A program made the position numbers and the translations under genes. Below are positions 53,367 to 64,000 of a stretch of 64,000 bases of DNA, in pieces. Under the pieces are notes generated by a model. The model saw only the letters and a list, made by a program, of their open reading frames with translations. It had not been told where the DNA came from and did not search any database. Numbering within the stretch: the stretch's first letter is position 1; each line of letters begins with the position of its first letter. Source of the DNA: Octopus vulgaris (taxonomy: Eukaryota); assembly GCA_951406725.2 (NCBI GenBank), contig OX597818.1, positions 69,316,001 to 69,380,000 of the forward strand. Reading direction: 5' to 3'.

Positions 53367-53781
53367 TACTCTCTCTTTTACTCTTTTACTTGTTTCAGTC
53401 ATTTGACTGCGGCCATGCTGGAGCACCGCCTTTAGTCGAGCAAATAGACCCCGGGACTTATTCTTTGTAAGCCCAGTACTTATTCTATCGATCTCTTTTG
53501 CCGAACCGCTAAGTGACAGGGACACAAACACACCAGCATCGGTTGTCAAGCAATGCTGGGGGGACAAACACAGACACACAAACACACACACACACACACA
53601 TATATATATGCATATATACGACAGGCTTCTTTCAGTTTCCGTCAACTAAATCCACTCACAAGGCATTGGTCGGCCTGGGGCTATAGTAGAAGACACTTGC
53701 CTAAGATGCCACGCAGTAGGACTGAACCCGGAACCATGTGGTTGGTTAGCAAGCTACTTACCATACAGCCACTCCTGCGCC
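53367..53781 (-). mobile_element. Full-length SINE family A
   Basis: Near-identical reverse complement of 33599-34016. Confidence 0.92.
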
Positions 53782-55790
53782 TTGAGAAATTATAATTAAT
53801 GATTCAGTTCCTGATTTCAGGATTCCATCCATCGGTCACAACCAGCATTCTTTGCTTCCAAAATCCTCAGTTTGTTGCATTAATTGATCATGTAACTCCT
53901 TCCTCACAACTATTTGACTTGTCATTCTTCCTTCTGTCCTTGAATTTTCTCTTTTGGATTTATCTTGATGCAGATATTATTCTTCTATTGCTATTTCGAT
54001 GCAGGCATGGCTGTGGGGTAAGAAATTTGCTTCCTTACAACATGGTTCCGAGTTCAGCCCCACTGCATGACAACTTGAGCAAGTGTCTTCAACTCTCAGG
54101 CTAACCAAAGCCTTGTGATTGGACTCGGTAGATGGAAACTGAAAGAAGCCCATCATATATATCTGTGTGTGTGTGTGTGTGTGTGTGTATGTTTGTCCCC
54201 CACCACTGCTTGACAACCAGTGTTGCTGTGTTTTCATCCCAGTAACTTAGTAGTTCAGCATAAGAGATCGATGGAATAAGTAACAGGCATTAAAAAAACC
54301 AATAAGTACCAGTTGTGTACTGGGGTCGATGTAATTGACTGCTCCCTCCCCCCCAAAAAAATTTCGGACCTTGTGCTTAGAGAAGAAAAAAATATTACTT
54401 TTAGGGTGGTGAGTACAATGTGAACAGTTTCCTGCATTTTGTAGCTTGATCGTTGTCCAGTTTAGAAAGGGAGGTGAGTATCTTAATAATGGCTTGACCC
54501 TTAGATATAATATTCTGATAAAATCCCCTCTATTTAGTTTTGATTTGAGTACCTTCTTAATCCTTCTCTTGTACTCTTTGGTGATTTTTTTCTCTTATTT
54601 CTCCTTCCATTAACCAATCACCCTGCAACACCCAAACTATTTGTAACCCTCTGGTGACCCTGTTGGTGCTGGCGCCACATAAAAATCACCCTTTGTTCAC
54701 TCTGTAAAGTGGTTGGCATTAGGAAGGACATTCGGCTGTAGAAACCATATTAAAACAGACAACAGAATCTGGTGCGACTCTCAGCTTTACCAGCTCCTCT
54801 CAAGCCGTCCAACCCATGCCAGCATGGAAAACGTATGTTAAATGGTGATGGTGGTGGTGGTGGTGGTGGTTGTGGTGGTGGTGGTGGTAGTGATGGTGGT
54901 GGTGGTGGTGGTGGTGGTGGTGGCGGCGGCGGCGGCGGTGGTGGTATTGGTGGTGATCTAATATCGTCTTGTGTTATCTTTATCCCTTCAGATTAAATCT
55001 TCCTGTCTCTTTTCATAATTAAAACTACAGATTATTTACCACGAATTGCAGACCAATATCTCTGCAATATATTCTTGCTGTTTCGAACATTATATTATTG
55101 TTGATGTCGTTGTTGTTGGTGGTGATGGTGGCTGTGGTATTGGTGCTGCTGCTGCTACTGTTTCTCCTGTTGTTTTTGTTGTTGTTGATGTTGTTGTTGC
55201 TGTTATAGCACCTATCTGATATTTGATTTAATTTTCAATTTTGGATGGTTGAGCACTTTTGATGTAAGTTTTACATTCAAAGAAATGATATTTGAAACTT
55301 ATGACATTTCCACCTTTACGATACACTTGGAATCTTGTTTACGGATAATATCAGGATATATAATAAAAGGTGATGGATATATATATGTATATCTATGTAC
55401 ACATGTGTGTATGTATGTGTGTATGAACACGTGTGTATGTATGTACGTGTGTATGTGTGTGTGTATGTATATGTGTGTGTATGTATGTATATATGAATAT
55501 ATATGTATATATTTACATATGTATATAAATAATACAATATATAATATACTATATATTATATGATATATGTCATATATATATATACACACACACACACCAC
55601 ACACACACATATATACACATGCACACACACACACACAAATATTGATAGATAGAGAGAGAGAGAGAGATAGACAGATGGATAGATATATACATGCTAACAG
55701 TCACACGCATATATGTATACATACACATATACACTCATATATATATGTATATGTGTATATATACATATACATATATATATATATATACAT

Positions 55791-55826
<36 letters not shown>

Positions 55827-55851
55827 TATACATATATATGTGTGTGTGTGT

Positions 55852-55890
<39 letters not shown>

Positions 55891-57339
55891 TGTGTATATA
55901 TATATATATATACGTGAATGGACCATATTATGAACTCGGAAGCTACTAAAAGCTGAACTGAATGCTTCACATCACCAAGAAAGAATGAATAATTATTTAT
56001 TAAGTTATTTCCTCACAAACTCAGTAATTCGATATTGTCAAAGGAATGCAAGATTATTAGGGTATTTTGTTTAATAAACATTAAAGGAAAGTTTTTCAGA
56101 ATTTTCTAGTAATTTTCCTAATAATTAAGAGTGTGTTTAAAACCTATAAATTCCAATTTAGGAGTTCACCTTGATCTTTAATGTTCAAATTTGGAACAGT
56201 TTTCATTTGAAAGTAAAAATAAACAAAAAACGAGATTGGTTTTATGACGTTCAAATTTCAAAAATGTTTTATTAGTTGAGGAGAAAAAAAAAGCAGCAGC
56301 AGAAAGAAAAGAGGTATAAAGCGGAAAACTGTATCACAGAAGAAGCATTCAAGTCATTTAATAACACACAAAACTGTTAAATTCACCTTAAATTTAAATT
56401 CAAGTTTACTTCCTGAGGTAAGTTGGTAGAGTTGTTAGCGTATCAAACATAATGCTTCATAGGTCTTGTTCTGAGTCTCTGTATGCAGAGTTCAAATCCT
56501 ACTGTGGCCAACTGTACCTTTTGCATCCTTTCGGGTTTTGTAAGAAAGTACTAAACCAAGAAAGTAAATTGCTGATGCTGTCAAAATGTTCAGTTTTGCA
56601 GTATTTTTTAGTGAGATATCTCCTCTGTAGTGAGACAACTAGCTTTGTCCCTCTGTCCTACTCTAGCTTCTCACCTGGCACATAGTCAATTGCCTCAGTT
56701 CTACCCCACATCTCATCTGAGAAGCCTTTGTCTTGCAAGCTACTTGATAATCCCACTGGTACTGGTGCTGTGCTAAAAGCACCCAGGCCACACTCTGTAA
56801 GGGGGTTGGGTGTTAGGAAGGGCATCCAGCTGCAGGAACCATGCCAAAACAGACAACGGAACCTGTTGCAGCTCTTCAGCTGCCATTCCTGTCAAATCAT
56901 CCAACCCATAGCAGAATGGAAAGTGGACCTTAGAAAACCTAGAAGCAGGTGGTAGCAGTGGGGATGATTCTAGTTCTTTCTGTTCTGAGTTCAAATCCTG
57001 CCATGGCTTATGTAGGTAGTATACTTAACCTCCTACCCAATTAAAAATCACCTCCCGATGCCCTTATCCAATGTGTTCGCTCTGTTACAAATATTGAGGT
57101 TGGGTCCCAATCTGAGCAGACCTTCTTCTTTCCCTCCTTCACCCCTTCCACCCCAGCCCACCTCCTGTTAGTCTCAGAAGCCTTGCCACAGGTCATCACC
57201 ACTGCCTCCCCTCCACACTAAACAATAAACAAATACGTCACGCAACTGCAATTTGCTTATTGGCACATTTTTCTAATTTAAATGCTGAAGTTAATTGAAC
57301 AATTCTCTGTTTTATTTAATGGTTCTTTCCTGATATATT

Positions 57340-58503
57340 TACGGAGATGTACTTGCATAGCAAGTGACTTGATCTGAGATCATGTGCTGAAACAAAAACA
57401 ATTGCAGCATGGAAGGTGTTTATAAGCCATTTAAAAATAACACAGAAAAACTGTTACAGTTACTTAAACATTTAAATTTAATTGGTGTCAAAATATTTTT
57501 GTCCCTTTGAAAGGTCAACCTGTTCACTGACAAAATTTCGTGCTCTTCCAGTTTTAATAGTTGCAATCTCAAATCCAGTCACTTTCTCGTCACATACGAC
57601 TTTGAAAGTATGACTCTGAAAGTTACTTGGTGACCTCACCGGTGCCGGTGCCACTACACTCTCTAAAGTGGTTGGCATTAGGAAGGCTATCCATGTCAGA
57701 GCAGGCGTTGGAGCTGGATGCACACCTCTACCTCACCAGCTTCTGATGAACCATTCAACCCATACCAAAGGAAACAGACATTAAATGATGATGAGGAAGG
57801 AGAGGAGAAGAATGAAGAGGATCTTGGCAGTTCATTTTGTCAATAAAAAACACATTCACTGATTTAACTTTGCTTCTTTTTATTATTAATTAGTCAACTT
57901 TGTTGTTTACTAATTAACCAACAAACGGATCGATTGTTTGATTAATGCTTCTGTCAGTCAATCAGTTTGTTTATCAAAGTCTTCTCATCCCTTCACAGCC
58001 TCATCAATGATGTGCCCTCTCTACTGCAGGTCTGCCTTGTTGCCTCCCAGCTCATATTAATTGATTAAGTGATCAAATGAGAAATCAAACATTCAATTAG
58101 TTAATTGGTTAATTAGTTAACTGGTTGACAAAGAATAAATAAGAAGAAATAAAATCAATAGATATGATTATTTTCATTGTCAAAATGACCTGACAGAACA
58201 ACGTCTGTTTCAACACACGATTTCCCATCAACAACCCTGTCATAACGAATATAAAAAATGAAATATTTAAAATATATTATTATATCTAATCTCAGAGATG
58301 CATCAATAAAGCTTTGTCAGTGAACAGGTTGTGGTCTCAAAGTGACGAAAATATTTTGACAAATTAAATTTAAATGTTGAAGTGAATCTAACGGTTTTTG
58401 TGTGTTTCTTAAATGGCTTATAAACACCTTCCACGCTGCAATTGTTTTCATTCCAGCACACGATCTCAGATCAGGTCACTCGCTATGCAAGTACATCTCC
58501 GTA
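57340..58503. mobile_element. Element with ~190-bp TIRs and nested inserts
   Basis: 57340-57534 matches the reverse complement of 58313-58503. Termini are TA|CGGAG...CTCCG|TA. Confidence 0.88.
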
Positions 58504-59459
58504 ATTATATCTAATATTGTTTTCAAATGTTGGTATAAGGCCAGAAAGTTTGGTGGGGAGGGAGCAAGTTGATTACATCAATCCCAACTTATTCTGGTAA
58601 TTATTTTATCAATCCCAGAAAGGTGAGAGGCTAAGTCAACCATGCTGGAATTTGAACTCTGAATGTAAAGATGGACAAAATGCCACTGAGCATTTTGCCC
58701 CCAGCTTGCAGCCCTTCTATTTTATCAAATATTAAACTGAGATTCATTAGGACATACTCTGTTGACAAACAAGAAGTAATTACTCATTGCAAATAAAACA
58801 TTTTGCAACTCTTTGAAAAAGTCCTCTTCTCATAAATAAAAGAGTATAAAGTTTACAAAAATCAGTAAAGATTTCCCAAATAATTTAAAACAGAAATTAT
58901 GTACCATAAAATAAATTGAAACAGATTTCTTATCTTTGACAAAATTCAGAATTTGTATGAAACTGATATGAACTGATATGAACACTTGCCAACAGCTTAT
59001 TGCCAATTCTATAAGCAAAACGTACAAAAAGACAAACTTCCAGATGCTTTACAAAATCATAGGGAACCTTATTTTACTCTTAAAGATCATAAAGCTAACT
59101 GGTGGTAACAATGATGATGATGATGATGTCGTCAAAAATGATGATGATGATGATGGTGGTGAGGATGATGAGGATGAGGAGGAGGAGGAAGTGGAGGAGG
59201 AGGAAGAGGAAAAGGAGGAGGAGAGCAGGAAGTGGAGGAGGAGGAGGAGGGGATATTACAAGGGATCGTGATGAAGAGAAGGAGAAAATTGAGGATGATA
59301 ATGAATTTGATGTTCATGACGACCATGACGATAACGATGACAATGATGATGATGGTGATGATGATGACGACAACGATGACAACGATGATGATGATGATGA
59401 TGATGATGATAATGACGATGATGACAATGATTATCTCGACCGTCATCGTATATATTTAC

Positions 59460-59571
59460 CGTGCCCAACTCCCAGCTCTGTTTGCCAAACCAAACCAAAC
59501 AAAAAAAGCACAGAAGCCACCCTGATCACTTTCAGCTGTGTTGATTGTTCAGCTGTGCCAGACCATGACAT
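59460..59571 (-). CDS. Candidate first coding exon encoding a signal-peptide-like N-terminus (gene unknown)
   Basis: MSWSGTAEQSTQLKVIRVASVLFLFGLVWQTELGVGH, then a phase-1 donor G|GTAAAT. An acceptor tttttag lies 13 nt upstream of the ATG. Confidence 0.4.
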
Positions 59572-59800
59572 CACTTATTCAAATCTAAAAACATAATTTA
59601 CTAACGAACCAAACTGTTTTTTTTTTCTTTTTCTTTTACATGGACTTCTTTGATCTCTGCTTTATTGTTATTTCACTTTTGTTCACAATTTTTCCTCCCA
59701 TTAGAAATCATAAAGGATTAACCAATCATTTTCTTTCTTTCAACTTATCAATTAATACTTTAAAAATATCAACTTTGAATACTTTTTATTGTTATTTACC

Positions 59801-59852
<52 letters not shown>

Positions 59853-60214
59853 GATTGTCGTTATTATCATTATTTAAAACTATTTCAACATATTAGCAAA
59901 CTCTGAGAATTATTTGTGGACAGTTTGTACAAGTTGAATGTTTGTTGGTTGGCAGGAATTGTCAGACAGTTTGCCAACTATATTTCTCCATCAGTCAGGA
60001 GCATATGAAAATGATAAAAGAACTGAAGCAAATGGCTAATGGTGTAGTTTAAGAATGAGACAAAGCATGTTATTTGTCTTGTCTGACACATATTTCATAA
60101 GTTCTATGGCTATGTTTTTGAATGATAAATGAGATTGAAAGACCTGAACTGTAATTTATTAAATATAGTAACAACAACAACAAAACGAAAAAAAATAACT
60201 ATATATATACACAC

Positions 60215-60299
<85 letters not shown>

Positions 60300-60452
60300 C
60301 ATACATACATATATATATATATATATTATGTATACACATGTGTCAGAGAAATTCCAGGCCTGTGAAGGGGAAAATGGTCTTAATACAAAAAGAGAAAAAT
60401 CAATTTAAAGATGTTAGCTTGATGTGTAATAAAGTTGTTGAGACACAATATC

Positions 60453-61117
60453 TGTATGTGTATGTATGTATGTATGTATGCATGTATGTGTGTGTATGTA
60501 CGTATGTATGTACGTATGTATGTGTGTGTGTATGTACGTATGTATGTATGTATGTATGTATGTATGTATGTATGTGTGTGTATGTATGTATGTATGTATG
60601 TATGTACGTACGTACGTATGTATGTGTGTGTATGTATGTATGTATGTATGTATGTATGTATGTATGTATGTGTGTGTGTATGTATGTATGTATGTATGTA
60701 TGTGTGTGTATGTATGTATGTATGTGTATGTATGTATGTATGTATGTGTGTATGTATGTATGTATGTATGTATGTATGTATGTATGTATGTATGTATGTA
60801 TGTATGTATGTATGTATGTATGTATGTATGTGTGTATGTATGTATGTATGTATGTATGTATGTATGTGTGTATGTATGTATGTATGTATGTATGTATGTA
60901 TGTATGTATGTATGTATGTATGTATGTGTGTATGTACGTATGTATGTATGTATGTATGTATGTATGTGTGTATGTATGTATGTATGTATGTATGTGTGTA
61001 TGTACGTATGTATGTATGTATGTATGTATGTATGTATGTATGTATATATGTACGTATGTATTTATGTATGTATGTATGTATTTATGTGTGTGTATGTATT
61101 TATATGTGTGTATGTAT
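60453..61117. repeat. Long (ATGT)n microsatellite
   Basis: Direct read, about 660 bp. Confidence 0.97.
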
Positions 61118-61752
61118 AGGTAGGTTTGCAAGCATGTATGTATATGTGTGCATATTGTGAAAAACTTCACATCTCAAATGTACATCAGATTGCTTTTGTT
61201 GTGGACAAAGCAGCAGAAGCATGGCTGTGTGACAGGGAGCTTACTTCACAACCACATGGTTCCAGGTTCGACAAGTGTCTTATACTATGCCAGAGGCTAA
61301 CCAAAGCCTTGTCAGTGGAATTGACAGACAGAAAGTGTGTGTGTGTGTGTGTGTGTGCCTCCTTGTCTTCACTTTGCCTAATTGTTGTAAGCGAGTGCCA
61401 CTGTCATACAAGCAGTCGCAGTCATGTCATTCAGTTTCAATATTCTGTGAAAATACACCAGGGTATGGGGAGATATTACCTCGCTCGGCATCCAGCCATA
61501 AATTGGCCTCAATAAGCTTTTTCAAATGCATCCAAGCATGGAAGAGTGGACATTAAAATGTTGTTGCTGTTGATGATGATGATGCTGATGATGGCGGTGA
61601 TGATTATGATGGTGGTAGTGGTGGTAGTGGTGGTGGTGGTGGTGGTGGGGTGAAATGATAACGATGATGATGATGATGATGATGACGACGACGATGACGA
61701 TGATGATGATAATGATGATGATGAGGAGGAGGAGGCGGAGGGTGAGGAGGAG

Positions 61753-62400
61753 TCATTTGCTACTCGAAGAACTTTGAAACTCTTTTGGCTGTTGTGTAGT
61801 TTTCCCCTTATCCATTCTGGTAATCTTCTTCTTCGGTAAATTCTTTCTCTTTTGGGGAGTCCTTTTGTTTTTGTCTTTTATTCTTCTAACCCTGAGCATT
61901 GTCCTTCCTCTGGCCCTTGTGGTTTTGTCCTTCTTCTGGCAAGACAATGGAGTGGTATCATGGCAGGTGAGGAATTCCTCAATTTCCAGGCTGTCTACTT
62001 CCTAGTTATTAGTTTTGGGAACTAAGTCCGAGGCAATCTCCTCTACCATTTCCTGAGCTTAATCAGCAACAGGATTGGGATAGCAGCCTTTGAAACCACT
62101 TCATATGATTTATTGATAGCAGTTTTCCTGCTGCCCTTCCCCACTCTCTCTCACTGTATTTCCAAATTCTTTGGGTAGAAAACCCTCAAGAGTCTTTTAC
62201 TGCCATAATTGTAGCAGCTGAACTTTTTACCCTCTCCTAACAAGCTCAGTGCTTTTGTCCTTGCACTCAAGAAAGGGAACAGCTCCAAAATGGCCCCATG
62301 GTCTTGAGGAGTCATATTGACATGCAAATCCTAAGTAATTCATCCCCTTCAAACTTACCTTTCCCTACCCATCTAATACTGGAGAGAAGACAACATGCCA
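61753..62400 (-). mobile_element. Probable decayed LINE ORF1 (gag-like) relic
   Basis: LLGEGKKFSCYNYGSKRLLRVFYP is a CX2CX4HX4C knuckle with three single-base substitutions, followed by a Lys/Arg-rich tract. Confidence 0.5.
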
Positions 62401-63241
62401 TTGATCAGTGTTACCATCCTTGATTGTTACCCCTGTGTTGTACTGGCCCAGCTACAGCAGAACCAACCTCTGAGTGTTTAACTCATTATATTTCTACTTT
62501 ATATTTTATGTTGCCCTCCTTCCTGAAAACCAGGCTGAAACTATTGGCTTACTTTATGGACAAAATAGCATCCTAAACTTCAACCAGGGTTTTCTTCAAA
62601 TTGTCTTTAGAGGGTACACATCCTCCCCTTTTTTGTAAATGTGAATGGCAACTTTTTTATTGTCTACTCTTTGGTAAATTCCTCTCTTACAAGACACAAT
62701 CCCTCGTGGCAATTCTTGTCAAAGCTGTTTCTCTCATTTAATTTTGCTTATATCTAAAATTTCTTTATTTAAAATGACATTTCCAAAAGTGTTGTTCTGG
62801 CTTTTGCTAATATAGAAGAAGTTGTCAAAATTGCTCTCATTTCCACTAAAGACACCAGATACATCAATATTTTTCTTATCAAGAGTTGTTAATATTTCCT
62901 TTTACAATACTTTTCTTTTCTTTTCTTCCTTTTTTTTTCTTTCCTTCTTTTTTTCCATAGCTTCTGTTTAATAACTGCTTATGTTTGTTTGTTTGGCGGG
63001 GGAGGTCGGCTGGTCAACATTTTGTATAACATATCAGCTAACAAGAAAGAATTGTCTAAAATGTCTTTTTTTCTTTTTTAGCAAAAGTAAAAGAATTAAT
63101 TAAAATAAACATTTATGTTTCTTTGAATTAATTCTAATAATAGAATTTATCCTTTTTCAGAACATCATCCCAGAAGGAAATCCAGAATGAGAGTATTGAG
63201 GGTAACATCCAATATTGATAATTACCATTATCCTCGTCACC

Positions 63242-63275
<34 letters not shown>

Positions 63276-63280
63276 TAATT

Positions 63281-63447
63281 ACGGGCTGCAATAAGAGTGG
63301 AGCACTTTCAGAAAACAGCATGGCCTGGAACCGCCCAAATACTCCGGGAGGTGCTTGAAAAATATGGGGTGTTACTTTACTTCACTGGTAGTGAACAACT
63401 GACACCGTAGTACATCTCCAGCATTAGAAGCTGTGCAATGGCAATGA
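63281..63447 (+). mobile_element. 3' terminal fragment of an R4/Dong-type element between TAA arrays
   Basis: AAIRVEHFQKTAWPGTAQILREVL resembles the RLE C-terminal QK.A..GTA.ILR.VL motif; (TAA)n on both sides. Confidence 0.8.
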
Positions 63448-63498
63448 TAATAATAATAATAATAATAATATTAATAATAATAATAATAATAATAATAA

Positions 63499-64000
63499 GC
63501 CCTAATAGCCCTAATACCCCTTACAAGTGAATTAAACAGAACAGGGTATGGGTATAGAATTGCCAATAAAAAAATAAGCCATCTATTTTATATGGATGAC
63601 TTAAAACTTTATGGTAAAGACAATAATGAACTTGAAGGCCTATTGCGCACCGTGAAAGCATTCAGCGATGACATCGGGATGGAGTTTGGACTTGAGAAGT
63701 GTGCCAAGGCCACTTTCCAGAAAGGGAAAGTGAAGACCACAAATTCAGTCGTGTTAGATGTTGACACAGTCATAAGAGAGCTTGAGCAAGAACAAACATA
63801 CAAATATTTAGGGATAAATGAAGGCTCTGGTATTCAGCATGCAAGCATGAAAGAGAAAATCAGGAAGGAATGTTATAGGAGAGTTCGTGCAGTCCTGAAA
63901 TCTGAACTAAATGCACGTAACAAGGTGTTAGCTATAAATTCCTTAGCAGTTCCAGTTGTTACTTATAGCTACAATGTGTTGAACTGGAATATGAGTGAAG
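63499..64000 (+). mobile_element. 5'-truncated R4/Dong-type retrotransposon, open RT frame running off the window
   Basis: IALIPLTSELNRTGYGY..KKISHLFYMDDLKLY...FSDDIGMEFGLEKCA...YKYLG...SELNARNKVLAINSLAVPVVTYSY. No stops; begins directly at a (TAA)n array. Confidence 0.95.

Noticed and set aside
59102-59596. 164-aa acidic ORF on the plus strand
   Set aside because: Mostly (GAT)/(GAG) microsatellite; its unique end is better explained by the minus-strand candidate exon.

Overview
AT-rich, microsatellite-dense eukaryotic DNA, most likely intronic or intergenic sequence from an octopus; the SINE families match ones I recognise from Octopus genomes (recollection, not a search). Nearly all of the supplied ORFs are artefacts of simple repeats. 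The window contains four SINE-like families in many copies and LINE relics: RTE, one young CR1-group copy with an open RT frame, and several R4/Dong-type elements tied to (TAA)n. It also holds three Tc1/mariner relics, foldback/MITE elements and a Neptune-type Penelope-like (PLE) GIY-YIG relic. No complete host gene is visible, only 2-3 candidate small exons. The most notable signal is a set of hammerhead-ribozyme (HHR) motifs. The best one, at 37824-37899 downstream of the PLE endonuclease, has an intact catalytic core. Its three strands are in reversed, non-circularly permuted order and are braced by an extra 10-bp helix. A 318-bp-period tandem pair of decayed type I HHRs (retrozyme-like) lies at about 11150-11625. 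All structures were paired by eye and none has been tested.
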